Counted from the stretch's first letter, positions 19,108 to 29,327 are shown. The stretch is DNA of 64,000 nucleotides from a candidate division WOR-3 bacterium (GCA_039802265.1 JBDRWI010000002.1:6430-70429), one strand, 5' to 3'. Numbers and translations are program-made. The notes: generated by a model from the sequence alone, not told the origin.

Positions 19108-19292
19108 TTGGTTCTGCACAAAAATTATGCAATAGCCACAAATTTGCAACACCTATAACAACTTTTTCCTGATATTTCAAAATAAATTCGGGCATAACAA
19201 TTGCATTATAAATGGATAGAGAAGGCAAAATGGTAAGGGTCCTTTTTTCCTTCAAGGAAGGGGACCAGAAGCCAAGGTGAAAGGAGGTAATA

Positions 19293-19916
19293 ATGTCTTT
19301 GCGACCTAAAATCAAACCGGTTGTTTTAGTTATTGCTTGGGTCGGTTTATTCGGCAGCAGTTTATTTGCTATTGAAATTAAGCCGAAGGACAAAAGGGAT
19401 GAGGTCTTGATAAAAGAACCGATTGAGACCGGGGTCTTTGGCGGTATGAATATTAAGCTTACTGAGATTAACAATACCGATGCCTGGCTTTTTGGTTTTA
19501 AAGGTGGAATAATTGCAAATCATACTTTTTCCATCGGTGGTGGGATTTATGGTCTTGCCCACCATATAACGGTAGAAACTGAATATCCATTAAGGAACTA
19601 CTACATTGAATTTGGCTACGGTGGGTTGACATTGGAATTGATTCTTGGTTCAAGGAAAATGATTCATCCTGGTGTAAATTTTCTTGTCGGTGGCGGTAGT
19701 ATATGTTACTGCGATAGGTTTTATGAACCATGGTACAGAGATGTCTTTTTTGTCCTTGAGTCATCGGCTGAGATTACCCTGAATGTAACAAGATGTCTGA
19801 GGATAGATTTCGGCGGTTCACACCGGTACATCAATGGCGTTAAACTTTCGGGGATAAGCGACAGGGGTTTGAGCGGTTTTTCAGGCTATATTACACTCAA
19901 GTTTGGAAGATTCTGA
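19293..19916 (+). CDS. Outer-membrane beta-barrel protein (OmpW/OmpA-beta-barrel-like), hypothetical.
   Basis: SD 'AAAGGAGGT'. Signal peptide. Alternating amphipathic beta-strands. C-terminal '...ITLKFGRF' ends in Phe, as in OMP barrels. Confidence 0.5.
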   Translation: MSLRPKIKPVVLVIAWVGLFGSSLFAIEIKPKDKRDEVLIKEPIETGVFGGMNIKLTEINNTDAWLFGFKGGIIANHTFSIGGGIYGLAHHITVETEYPLRNYYIEFGYGGLTLELILGSRKMIHPGVNFLVGGGSICYCDRFYEPWYRDVFFVLESSAEITLNVTRCLRIDFGGSHRYINGVKLSGISDRGLSGFSGYITLKFGRF

Positions 19917-19926
19917 AAATAAAATC

Positions 19927-19954
19927 TTGACTTTAACGGCTAATTGAGTATAAT
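19927..19954 (+). promoter_or_regulatory. Sigma70-type promoter for tRNA-Gln (TTGACT-N16-TATAAT).
   Basis: TTGACT at 19927-19932 and TATAAT at 19949-19954, 13 nt upstream of the tRNA 5' end. Confidence 0.45.
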
Positions 19955-19967
19955 GGTTCTGAATTAT

Positions 19968-20038
19968 TGGGGGATCGTCTAATGGTAGGACAGTTGGCTC
20001 TGGACCAACCGGTCGGGGTTCAAATCCCTGTCCCCCAG
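19968..20038 (+). tRNA. tRNA-Gln (anticodon CTG).
   Basis: Acceptor TGGGGGA/TCCCCCA with a U1-A72 pair as in bacterial tRNA-Gln. Anticodon stem GTTGG/CCAAC with loop CTCTGGA. T-loop TTCAAAT. Confidence 0.85.
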
Positions 20039-20047
20039 TAATCTAAA

Positions 20048-21340
20048 CTACTGTCTTGAAATTAAGGATTTAACCATTTTGTAAATTTCTGGTTTCTTTC
20101 CGGTATAATACCAGGTATAAAAATGGTTGTTGTGGTATAAGGGGTCAGTATTCATATTAAATCCCGTCTTATCAAATTCAACCGTATAGGGAATGGGTGA
20201 GAATTCACACAGGTGGGGATGGACGCCAAGGCTATGGCATAGCTCTATTCCATCCACTATTTCTTCATAAGATTGCCCAGGGAGTCCATACAGAAGATAG
20301 ACATGGAGCTGACTTGATGAAAATCCGGTTTTTTTTAGAATTTCTACCGCATTTAAGAATTCAGCTGTTGTGACTTTATTCCCGGTCTTCTGTTGCACCC
20401 CTGGATTTGTCGTTTCAAGGCTGAGATAGATTGTCTTAAAGTTTGCCTTAAACATCAATCGGGCAATTTTTTCATTAATAAACCGACAATGGAGCCCATT
20501 GGAACTATGGAGATTCAAATTCAGTCCTCTATTTATTATTTCTCCAAGAAACACAGGAAAGGTTGGATTACAAAGTAATGCGTCATCAAAAAATGCAATA
20601 TTTTTTGTTTTTGAAGCAAAATTCTCAATTTGTTTAAGTAAAAGTTTAATATCAAAAGTATCGTATTTAGGATATAGGGTTCGTGTTGCACAATAAGTGC
20701 AATTGAACGGGCATCCCCTTGAGGTTATTGCAACCCCATAGTTTAGAGATTCGTATAACGAAAAATCGGGTAAGAGATTTTTCGTTTCAACAAATTTTTT
20801 TATGTACCCCTTTCCCTGAAGAAATTTGATTAATTCGGTTTCTGCCGGACCCGAAATGATATAATCAGCACCAGCGTTGTTCTCTGCATGTTTTCGGCAA
20901 AGGGTAGCATAAAGTCCACCAAGAATAATTGGAATTTTCGGGAAATTTTCCTTTAAGAGTCTTATCGCCTCAAACACACCTAAGTACCAGTAGGTCATTG
21001 AAGAGGTGATAAAAATCAGATCGGGTGTTTCTATCTTTTTTATCCTGGCTATGAAAATTTCCCTGGGAATGCCATATCTCTTGTATCTCCTAGGCACATT
21101 TTTGTAAACCGTTGGTTTTTCAACAACCTCGCAATGGTATTTTCCCCGACCATAACTATCGGTTCTGGTCTGGGTCTTAAAATAAGGGCTTAGGCGATCC
21201 ATACAGTCAATAAATTCAATCTCAAAGCCAATTTCTTTTAAAATCCTTGCTACAATCAAAAGTCCCAGGGGTTTGTTCCAGAAGTCAAATGCCTTAAAAT
21301 CATAGATCCAGGGATTAACTAAAAGTGCCCGCATTGCCAA
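20048..21340 (-). CDS. B12-binding-domain radical SAM protein.
   Basis: N-terminal Rossmann-like B12-binding region. Radical SAM cluster motif 'CPFNCTYC' (CxxxCxxC). Confidence 0.75.
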   Translation of the reverse strand: MAMRALLVNPWIYDFKAFDFWNKPLGLLIVARILKEIGFEIEFIDCMDRLSPYFKTQTRTDSYGRGKYHCEVVEKPTVYKNVPRRYKRYGIPREIFIARIKKIETPDLIFITSSMTYWYLGVFEAIRLLKENFPKIPIILGGLYATLCRKHAENNAGADYIISGPAETELIKFLQGKGYIKKFVETKNLLPDFSLYESLNYGVAITSRGCPFNCTYCATRTLYPKYDTFDIKLLLKQIENFASKTKNIAFFDDALLCNPTFPVFLGEIINRGLNLNLHSSNGLHCRFINEKIARLMFKANFKTIYLSLETTNPGVQQKTGNKVTTAEFLNAVEILKKTGFSSSQLHVYLLYGLPGQSYEEIVDGIELCHSLGVHPHLCEFSPIPYTVEFDKTGFNMNTDPLYHNNHFYTWYYTGKKPEIYKMVKSLISRQ

Positions 21341-21419
21341 TTTTATTCATTGCGTAAATTAAGTCAATGTGCGAGAAGTAAATCATTGACACCTGATTAT
21401 ATTTGTTTATAATCTAATT

Positions 21420-21767
21420 ATGAAAAAAGGTTTTTTGCGAACATACGGTATCGTTGCGCTCCTCATATCAGTAGCGATTGTCGGGGTGCTTGTATATCGG
21501 AGCGGTAATGTATATACCAAAAAGGATAGGATGATTAGCACGCCGGTTTCAACCTTAGAAAGGACATACGCCTTAGATTGCCAGATGCGAATTAGAAAGA
21601 TAGAAGATGCAATTCAAATGTATTATGCCGAGTATGGTAAATATCCGGATATGCTCAGTGATTTAACAGCAATTAAGATTGATGAAACTTATTGCCCGGT
21701 CAGTGGCGAGGCATATATATACGACCCCAATAGGGGAACTGTAATATGCCCTAAACATAGAAGATAG
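21420..21767 (+). CDS. Hypothetical small membrane-anchored protein.
   Basis: N-terminal TM 'YGIVALLISVAIVGVLVY'. C-terminal Cys pair 'CPVSGEAYIYDPNRGTVICPKH'. Confidence 0.35.
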   Translation: MKKGFLRTYGIVALLISVAIVGVLVYRSGNVYTKKDRMISTPVSTLERTYALDCQMRIRKIEDAIQMYYAEYGKYPDMLSDLTAIKIDETYCPVSGEAYIYDPNRGTVICPKHRR

Positions 21768-21777
21768 CGAGGAGGTA

Positions 21778-22524
21778 ATGAAATTTTTGAGCCGGATTTA
21801 TATAAAGGTCATTCAGCTATGGTATCTGGTTATTATCCTTTTGACCTTAAACTGTCCGCCTATGGTCTATTCACCCCATGCCCAAAATGAGATTATCAGA
21901 CCCCTCAATCAAGGTAGTGAAATACATGAAATTGGTGGTGCATTTGCCTATAATAAATGGATTGTAGAAGAAAAACCTGATACTGTATATCTAAAAACTT
22001 ACCCGAATGAAAGTTTCAGTTTCTTTCATAATGCAAATGCAGAAGGAAAGAGTTTTTGTGGGTTTGGTGGCATTGAACTTATTGGTTTTCCACTTCAATG
22101 GTGGAACGGTAATTCCTCGGGCTTCATACTCTGGCTCAAACCACGCTTTGGGTTCCAATATTGTGGAGATGTGACCACTTTTAGACTATGTCTTTTACCC
22201 TTAAATTTTTATCTTGCGCTTGAAAATGGGGATTATGGTATTGGCGGTGGACCGTCAATATTTGATTTTTATCAACTTTCCCTTTTGCTTCATAACTATA
22301 AACCGACAAAGAACATATACTGGATTGGTCTCAGGAATTCATCAAGTGCCGTGGGGATAGTGGTGGGTGGTGAATTTGGCGCAAGTTCTAACTATCTTTT
22401 AAGAGGGGAGTATAGTTATCTCATTAGGACCCCTTATTCACTCCTTATCACGGGAGAAGATTTTGAGTCCATTCGCGGCTCGGTTCATTATGTCACAATC
22501 GGTCTCTTCAGGGGGATGCGGTGA
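21778..22524 (+). CDS. Hypothetical secreted/outer-membrane beta-rich protein.
   Basis: SD 'GGAGGT'. Hydrophobic N-terminus. Gly/aromatic-rich beta-strand pattern. Confidence 0.35.
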   Translation: MKFLSRIYIKVIQLWYLVIILLTLNCPPMVYSPHAQNEIIRPLNQGSEIHEIGGAFAYNKWIVEEKPDTVYLKTYPNESFSFFHNANAEGKSFCGFGGIELIGFPLQWWNGNSSGFILWLKPRFGFQYCGDVTTFRLCLLPLNFYLALENGDYGIGGGPSIFDFYQLSLLLHNYKPTKNIYWIGLRNSSSAVGIVVGGEFGASSNYLLRGEYSYLIRTPYSLLITGEDFESIRGSVHYVTIGLFRGMR

Positions 22525-22558
22525 TTTATTTATTGTAAGGACAGGGATTTATAGAGAA

Positions 22559-24019
22559 TCAGGCAAGGCAGAGCGAAACTATATGGGCAAGGCTCTCTAA
22601 GTTGTCAATGAATAGTTTAAAGAATTCTGAACTTGGGAAGATGCTTGATAAAAGCTTTGCTGCTAAAGGAGCAGACTCTTCAGGAGGAAGACAGTAATGC
22701 ATCTTTAAAAACTGAGAGCGGTACCTTTTTATCTCCTCTTTTACATTCTTATTTCTGATAATCACATCACCAATGAATTCGGCAAGGGGACCGAAATCAT
22801 TTTCCTTCATTCCGAACCTTGTCATCTCCTGGACACCCATTCTTATGCCACTTGCCGAAAGAAAACTCTCGTCGTCAGGCAGTGCCTGATAATTGGTGAT
22901 GATATTGTTATCCTCAAGCCGCCGGGCAAGTTCGTTTCCAGTACCATATTTTTTAATCCTAATTACAACCTGGTGCGTCTCGGTGAAGCCTTCTCTTTCA
23001 TCACCTTCAACATCAATGCCACAATCCTTTAATGCCCGGGCAAATGCCTTGGCATTCTTCTGAACCTGAGCTTGATACTCTTTCTTAAATGCATTCATCT
23101 CATATGTCGCCATTAATAGTGCTAAAAGCGTCCCAAGGTGGTGATTGCTTGTCGAACCAGGGAATGCCCGACTCTTTATCTCTGTCCATAGTTTTGATAG
23201 GGGAGAGTCTTTGGTAATGGTCGAGGCGATGACACCCCGCTGGGGTCCAAAGAATGTCTTGTGGGTACTGCCCGTTACAATGTCTGCACCTTCTTTAAAA
23301 GGCTCCTGAAACGCACCGTAAAGTCCGAGCACATGTGCCATATCATACATTAATACCGGCCTGGGATTAAGGTCTTTGACAATATTATAGACGAATTCGA
23401 CGGGCTCTTTATGCAGAAACATACTCTTACCGAAGACGATAAGTTCTGGTTTTTCCTTTTTTAAGATTTCAGCGATTCCATTTAAATCCGCCTTGTGCAT
23501 ACAGTCAGAACAAACCGGAAAGTTTATCACCCGTTCTTTCTGGGTTTTCGGGTCTTCTTCAACATAATTAAATAAGGCACCCATTGGCTGGGAACTCAAG
23601 TGCCCACCTTTGTTCAGGTCATTATTCATAACCAATTTCAGGCGTCTGAATGGCTCATCGGCCCTGCGGTCCCGATTGATAAATTTTACCATTGCCTTGA
23701 ATACCACTTCATTTGCCATCTGTCCGCTTATCGGTCTTAGTTCAATACTGGGACAATCAAAATACTCAGCCATTTCTTTGCGCAATTCTTCTTCTATGTC
23801 CCGGATAAAATCGGTTCCCTGATAAAAGTATACTTCTTCGCCCTTCATCGTTCGGTGTTCTGCATACCTGCCAGCCGGATCTGAGATTTCACAGAGCTTA
23901 ACCAAGAGACTGGGGGTGGTCTCAGATGGTATTAGATTAAAACATTCGCGCTGCCGCCAGATGTTATTATTTATTATTTTTTCTGCCAAAATTTCTATTT
24001 TTTCTTTTAATGTAGCCAA
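22559..24019 (-). CDS. glyA: Serine hydroxymethyltransferase-family PLP enzyme; divergent and long at 486 aa.
   Basis: 'NLIPSETTPS' matches SHMT 'LIASEN.TS'. 'GGHLSS' and 'DMAHVLGL' match. PLP-lysine motif 'TGSTHKTFFGPQRGV'. The N- and C-terminal extensions are non-canonical. Confidence 0.6.
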   Translation of the reverse strand: MATLKEKIEILAEKIINNNIWRQRECFNLIPSETTPSLLVKLCEISDPAGRYAEHRTMKGEEVYFYQGTDFIRDIEEELRKEMAEYFDCPSIELRPISGQMANEVVFKAMVKFINRDRRADEPFRRLKLVMNNDLNKGGHLSSQPMGALFNYVEEDPKTQKERVINFPVCSDCMHKADLNGIAEILKKEKPELIVFGKSMFLHKEPVEFVYNIVKDLNPRPVLMYDMAHVLGLYGAFQEPFKEGADIVTGSTHKTFFGPQRGVIASTITKDSPLSKLWTEIKSRAFPGSTSNHHLGTLLALLMATYEMNAFKKEYQAQVQKNAKAFARALKDCGIDVEGDEREGFTETHQVVIRIKKYGTGNELARRLEDNNIITNYQALPDDESFLSASGIRMGVQEMTRFGMKENDFGPLAEFIGDVIIRNKNVKEEIKRYRSQFLKMHYCLPPEESAPLAAKLLSSIFPSSEFFKLFIDNLESLAHIVSLCLA

Positions 24020-24087
24020 TTATTCTCCCATTGAAAAACAGCTAACAAATTTAGTTCTAATATTCAGTAGCAATTTATTATAAGTTT

Positions 24088-24246
24088 TCATTCTTTCTTC
24101 TTTGTCTCAAGGTAGGTGCCGATAAGAAAACCCAAGACGATCAGAAAAAGAATCAGAATTGTGCGCCAGAAGCCGAAACATGCAAGGAATATCCCGATAA
24201 TACCGGCAATTATTGCTCCGACTATACCTTTATTCATCTTACCCAT
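24088..24246 (-). CDS. Small two-TM membrane protein; the start is probably at MGKMNKG.
   Basis: 'GIVGAIIAGIIGIFLACFGFWRTILILFLIVLGFLIGTYL'. It overlaps the upstream gene's stop. Confidence 0.35.
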   Translation of the reverse strand: MGKMNKGIVGAIIAGIIGIFLACFGFWRTILILFLIVLGFLIGTYLETKKKE

Positions 24247-24293
24247 AACACTATATTTTATCCAGATTTTATAAGGTGTCAATACAATAAAAA

Positions 24294-25391
24294 TCATCCA
24301 AAGAGCGAGGGGGCTGTCTTCAAAATAGTTTGATAGCGGAACGGATATTCTGTTTTAAGATTAATAACACCACAGGGTGGACTTTTTGAGTTCGGACAAA
24401 AACGGAGACAATCACCGGAGCAATCAATGGGTATAAATTTGTTCTTCTCAATACGGATATGAACTGGATTTCTCCTTGAGCCCTCACAGGTTGGAATACC
24501 ATTAGAATCATATTCTCTTCCCAGTTCCTGACAGACTGCATAGGTGAGTCCTTTTTCTTCTACCTTATTTTTAAACCACCTGTGGAATTTCTTCCTGGTG
24601 TCTATATCTACCATAAACCGTTTCCTGATAGAATCCGGATGATAATTATAATATTCAATTACCCTTTTGATCCGGTCCTTAAACTTTGTTCTCTTTAAAC
24701 TCAAAAGGAGGTTTTCCATTGAGATTTTGTTGAAATATCCGGTTGAGGCAATAATATGTTTTACCCCGGCATTTTTGATCCTTTCAATCAACCAAAATAG
24801 GTCCGCCGGCTCAATAATCCCAAGAATTGTGGGGTCTGTGCGGCAGACAACCTCAATACCAAGATCAATCAAAAATTTCATTGCACCGAGACGCTCCTTA
24901 ATCTTTGAGGCATTGGGACTAGTGATTACCTGCTTTTGGGGTGTCGTTTCTACGGTCATCTCCAAAAACCAGTATGGATAATTGATGAGTTCTGGAATTT
25001 CTTTAATCAATTCCCTAACTCCTTCAGCACATTTTGTGACCACGCGAAAACTTAATCTATATGAAATAATAATCCTGATAATCTGAAAGGTTAGTTTTCT
25101 AATTTCAGAAATAGGCTGTAAGGGATCAGTAATCTGACTTAAATATAAGGGAAAGACAATCCTTAAGTTTTGTATTTCCATATTCAACTTATTGGGTAGA
25201 TTTTGGTAAATTTTAATCTTATTTGGTTCAGACCACACATACGCCCGGGCATAGCATATCGGACAGGCGAATATACAACCTCCGGAATTGGTGAGCGAAA
25301 CAAGGGAGGTATGGGGACATTTTCTATTTTCTAATGAATAAGGAAAATCGTGGATTACCCTGCCCGATAGGTGTTTTATTTCAATTTCCAT
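24294..25391 (-). CDS. Radical SAM protein (SplB/DNA-repair-photolyase-like family).
   Basis: 'GGCIFACPICYA' gives CxxxCxxC near the N-terminus. Confidence 0.5.
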   Translation of the reverse strand: MEIEIKHLSGRVIHDFPYSLENRKCPHTSLVSLTNSGGCIFACPICYARAYVWSEPNKIKIYQNLPNKLNMEIQNLRIVFPLYLSQITDPLQPISEIRKLTFQIIRIIISYRLSFRVVTKCAEGVRELIKEIPELINYPYWFLEMTVETTPQKQVITSPNASKIKERLGAMKFLIDLGIEVVCRTDPTILGIIEPADLFWLIERIKNAGVKHIIASTGYFNKISMENLLLSLKRTKFKDRIKRVIEYYNYHPDSIRKRFMVDIDTRKKFHRWFKNKVEEKGLTYAVCQELGREYDSNGIPTCEGSRRNPVHIRIEKNKFIPIDCSGDCLRFCPNSKSPPCGVINLKTEYPFRYQTILKTAPSLFG

Positions 25392-25419
25392 ATTTCAATA
25401 TTATCAAATTTAGAGTTTT

Positions 25420-27426
25420 TTGCAATATCTTTCTGTTGACTTTTCGTCAAATGTTGTGTATTATTATTCAATGCTTGTTATCTTTTTTTTAAGCGCAATT
25501 TTAATAAAGGCACAGGACCCACTGGGAAACGATGTCTCTGGTGACCATCAATTTGGCGAGGTAGATGAATTTTTAAAAAAGCCAATTGTGGTGCGTGTTT
25601 TTGACAAAGACAAAAAACCAAAGGTGAATGCCCAGGTTATTTTTTCTGTTTTATCTGAACCCGAAGAAAATATCATATCTAAAAAATTTATGGAGCTGGA
25701 ACAGGAAACAACAAAAACGGACCGCGATGGCTACGCAAAAACCCGCGTTAAATTAGGTGGTACAAAGGGTACTTATTATATAATTGCAAAATGCGAAAAC
25801 GAAAGTCTGGTCTTCACTCAAATTGGGCTTGAAAAGAACTTTTTTTTATTTGTCATTTTTTCAATTATTGGTGGTCTCGGACTTTTCATCTTTGGTTTAA
25901 ACTATGGGAGTAAGGGTCTGGTTCGCATGTTGGGTTCAAAAATGCGTGATATTCTCTTTACCTTTACCAGGAATAGGGTTGTTGCATTATTTACCGGTAT
26001 CCTTGTTACAATAATACTCGGTTCAAGCACTGCCGCATCCGTTCTTTTAGTTCGTTTCGCCTCACTGGGGATAATTAGCCTGACACCGGCTCTCGGAGTA
26101 ATGCTGGGTGCAGACATTGGAACGACAATTGCCGTTCAATTACTTGCCTTTAAAATATTGGACTATGCCCTTTTGATTATTGCGGTGGGTGTCTTTTTAA
26201 GACTTCTATTTCCGACATTAAGAAACATCGCACAGTTTATCTTTGGTATCGGACTCTTATTTTTTTCTCTAAAGATTATGTCCGGACCGGTTAGTAGTTT
26301 AAAATATTTTCCAGGTTTAATTTCAGCCATCAATTATCTCAGCACTGTGCCCCTGATTGGTGTCTTGCTCGGTGCACTTTTTGCCTTTATTTTGCACTCC
26401 AGTGCTGCCGTGATTGGCGTGATTCTTGTGCTGGCATTTGAATCTCTAATTCCTTTGCCTTCAGCGATATCAATAGTTCTTGGGGCTAATCTTGGAACGA
26501 CATTTACTACACTATTTATTTCTGATACTACAAGTGGAAAGCGCGTTGCCTCGGGTAATTTTTTCTTTAAAATTATTGCCGTTTTAATATTCTTACCAAT
26601 ACTGAATTATGTGACCAAAATATTAGGAATTATCGGCGGTGATGTTGCTCGGCAGATTGCCAACTTTCATACAATCTTTAATATCTGTATTGCCTTGCTC
26701 TTTTTACCTGTTCTTGAACCGATATCCCGGATTCTGGAAAAACTGATTGCGGAAACGAGAGAAGAGATTATGCGCATAAAGCGACTTGACCCCGCCTTTC
26801 TTGCGACACCGGCGATTGCCCTTGGTCAAGCAACAAAGGAAATTCTACTTATGGCGGATACTACAATTAAAATGCTGGAGGATTCACTGGTCGTGTTCAA
26901 AAATAAGGATATTGCCTTGAGAAAAAAGATTATGCAGACCGACGATGAAGTTGATAAATTTGAAGAACTTATTACTCCTTATATCTCAAAAATTGAACAC
27001 GATGATATGGATGAAAAGACAGGAAAGATGCAAAGAGTCCTGCTAACTGTTGTTACTGAACTTGAGCATATCGGTGATATAATCTCCAAGAGTCTGATGG
27101 ATTATGCAAAAAAACAAATTGATGGAGGTCTGGTTTTTTCCCAGGAGGGGGTTAATGAGATAACTGAGTTCCACCAATTTGTTTTGACAACATTGAGGAT
27201 GGCAGTAAATAGCCTGGCAACACACAACCAGGAACTTGCTGCAAAAACAGCGGAAAGACGGGAAATGGGGCTTGAGGCTGTTAAAAGATATGAAACCAAT
27301 CATTTACTGAGGTTGAGCAGGGGGTTAAAAGAAACCATTGAGACCTCAACAATCCATCTTGATATCTTAAGTGACCTTGAGCGGATAAACTTCCACGCTT
27401 CAGAGATCGGTAAGGCGCTATTATGA
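25420..27426 (+). CDS. Na+/phosphate cotransporter (NaPi-II family) with a C-terminal PhoU-like domain and an N-terminal extracytoplasmic Ig-like domain.
   Basis: Signal/TM region followed by about 120 aa of beta-rich sequence. Duplicated NaPi hairpin repeats 'GSSTAASVLLV' and 'HSSAAVIGVIL'. Helical PhoU-type tail. Confidence 0.7.
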   Translation: MQYLSVDFSSNVVYYYSMLVIFFLSAILIKAQDPLGNDVSGDHQFGEVDEFLKKPIVVRVFDKDKKPKVNAQVIFSVLSEPEENIISKKFMELEQETTKTDRDGYAKTRVKLGGTKGTYYIIAKCENESLVFTQIGLEKNFFLFVIFSIIGGLGLFIFGLNYGSKGLVRMLGSKMRDILFTFTRNRVVALFTGILVTIILGSSTAASVLLVRFASLGIISLTPALGVMLGADIGTTIAVQLLAFKILDYALLIIAVGVFLRLLFPTLRNIAQFIFGIGLLFFSLKIMSGPVSSLKYFPGLISAINYLSTVPLIGVLLGALFAFILHSSAAVIGVILVLAFESLIPLPSAISIVLGANLGTTFTTLFISDTTSGKRVASGNFFFKIIAVLIFLPILNYVTKILGIIGGDVARQIANFHTIFNICIALLFLPVLEPISRILEKLIAETREEIMRIKRLDPAFLATPAIALGQATKEILLMADTTIKMLEDSLVVFKNKDIALRKKIMQTDDEVDKFEELITPYISKIEHDDMDEKTGKMQRVLLTVVTELEHIGDIISKSLMDYAKKQIDGGLVFSQEGVNEITEFHQFVLTTLRMAVNSLATHNQELAAKTAERREMGLEAVKRYETNHLLRLSRGLKETIETSTIHLDILSDLERINFHASEIGKALL

Positions 27427-29327
27427 AAAGACACCAACTATTCTTCAGCGTTCTTTTACTGATTCTTGTGGGAATGTTCTTTATAATCATTATAAAAAGC
27501 AGTCAGAATGCAGTGCTGGAACTGTTTAAAAAGGAGGCCCGTGCTTTCCTTACGGTGGTAGCCCTCAGCCAGGAGAATTCCCTATTTGCTGAGGCAAACC
27601 TGGAAGGAATGATTATTGATAATCTCATAAATCTGATAAATGCTCTAAATGACATCGGTATTTCCCGTAATAACCTTGAACAATTTTGCAAGAATTTTAA
27701 TTTAAAATCAATGGTTGTTTTAAATTCCCGGACAAAAGGGATTGTTGCCCAGTCTGGCGACCCAATAGAACTTGTAATAAAAAAGACCATCCCCGAAGAT
27801 AAAATGTCATTCCACTATTTTACTTTTAGAGATGAAAAATTTATTCGTTTTATCTATAAAATTAAAAACTACCTGATTCAGATTGAAATTTCCGCGGATG
27901 TAGTCAGAAAGTTCAGTCAGGAATTTGGAATCAGCAGAATTCTTAATGAATTAAGCGCAAGTCCTGCCGTTAAATATTTGGCACTTCAGGATACAAAAGG
28001 AATTATCCTCGCCTCACCCGGTGTAAAACAATTGACCAGAATTGAAAGTGATACATCTCTAATGAAGGTTATAGCAGAAAAGACGGAATTGATAAGAATT
28101 GCTGATTTTGAAGGAGAAAAAATTCTTGAAATTGCTGAACCCTTTGTTGTTGATGGAAAAACACTCGGTATTTTCCGTATCGGGATGAACTTAAATCTAT
28201 ACTATAATTATATTAGGACAAGCAATATTCAACTCTTTTCTATCTTTGCTATTTTATCCTTCACAATTCTCTTGTTGATTTTTCTTTATCTGAGATACGA
28301 AAGAACGTTTAATCTGACTGAGTTATTTTCAGGAATTCTCGGTACAATAGAGGAAGGTGTTCTCTTTATCGATAGAAAGAAGAGAATTACCGGTGTAAAT
28401 AGGAGATTCTGCAGTTTTGTTGGCACGAGCGAATCAAAGGTCCGGCAAAAAAATTATAAAGAGATTTTTGCTGATGATCCGTTTTCCATAGAAGATACCC
28501 TGCGCGATGGTACGACTATCGAAGAAGAGAAGAACCTCTTTGGGAAAATCTTGAGTTTCACAACCTATCCTGTCTTTGATTCAAAAAAGGAAATTACCGG
28601 TGTCATCACAATAGTCCGTGATATGACGCAAATCAGGGAAATTGAAAAAGAAAAAAGAGAAAGAGAGCATCTCCAATTTCTTGGTAATCTCGTTGCAAAC
28701 TTTGCCCACGAAATAAAAAACCCATTGAACGGTTTGGCGATTGCGGTTCAGCGATTAAACAAAGAGTTCTCTTTTGAAGATCCGGAATATCGGTTGCTTA
28801 TTTCTATCTTGGATAAAGAAATAGATTCATTGAATCGGGTGGTAAATGATTTCTTGAGTCTGGTGAGGCCTGTCATTAAAGAAAAGTGTATCTTCAATCT
28901 GAGTCAATTAATAAAGGATATTACTTTATTTATTCGGGAGCAGGCGCGAAAAAAAGGTGTAACAATAAGGGAGAATATTGAAGAAAATATAGAATTTTTA
29001 GGTAATGAGGGTGAAATCAAAAGGGCGGTTCTGAACATTATCTTAAATGCAATGGAGGCGGTCCCGGAAATGACCGGTGAGATTAAAGTGAGTTTGAGAA
29101 AGGAAAAAAAGGGATTATTGATAGAAATTAAAGATAACGGTCCGGGTATCCCGCCGGAAATTCAAAAAAGAATCTTTGAACCATATTTTACAACTCGTAC
29201 GGGCGGCACGGGTCTGGGACTTTATATTGCCCACAGAATAATAAAAGACCACGATGGGATTATCATGGTTGGAAGCACTCCCGAGCAAGGCTCGACATTC
29301 ACAATCAATCTGCCCTGCAGAGATTGA
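27423..29327 (+). CDS. Sensor histidine kinase (TM plus PAS plus HisKA plus HATPase_c).
   Basis: H-box 'FAHEIKNPLNGL'. N-box 'ILNAMEA'. G-boxes 'DNGPGIP' and 'GGTGLGLYIAHRI'. 4-nt overlap with the upstream transporter. No response regulator is adjacent. Confidence 0.85.
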   Translation: MKRHQLFFSVLLLILVGMFFIIIIKSSQNAVLELFKKEARAFLTVVALSQENSLFAEANLEGMIIDNLINLINALNDIGISRNNLEQFCKNFNLKSMVVLNSRTKGIVAQSGDPIELVIKKTIPEDKMSFHYFTFRDEKFIRFIYKIKNYLIQIEISADVVRKFSQEFGISRILNELSASPAVKYLALQDTKGIILASPGVKQLTRIESDTSLMKVIAEKTELIRIADFEGEKILEIAEPFVVDGKTLGIFRIGMNLNLYYNYIRTSNIQLFSIFAILSFTILLLIFLYLRYERTFNLTELFSGILGTIEEGVLFIDRKKRITGVNRRFCSFVGTSESKVRQKNYKEIFADDPFSIEDTLRDGTTIEEEKNLFGKILSFTTYPVFDSKKEITGVITIVRDMTQIREIEKEKREREHLQFLGNLVANFAHEIKNPLNGLAIAVQRLNKEFSFEDPEYRLLISILDKEIDSLNRVVNDFLSLVRPVIKEKCIFNLSQLIKDITLFIREQARKKGVTIRENIEENIEFLGNEGEIKRAVLNIILNAMEAVPEMTGEIKVSLRKEKKGLLIEIKDNGPGIPPEIQKRIFEPYFTTRTGGTGLGLYIAHRIIKDHDGIIMVGSTPEQGSTFTINLPCRD

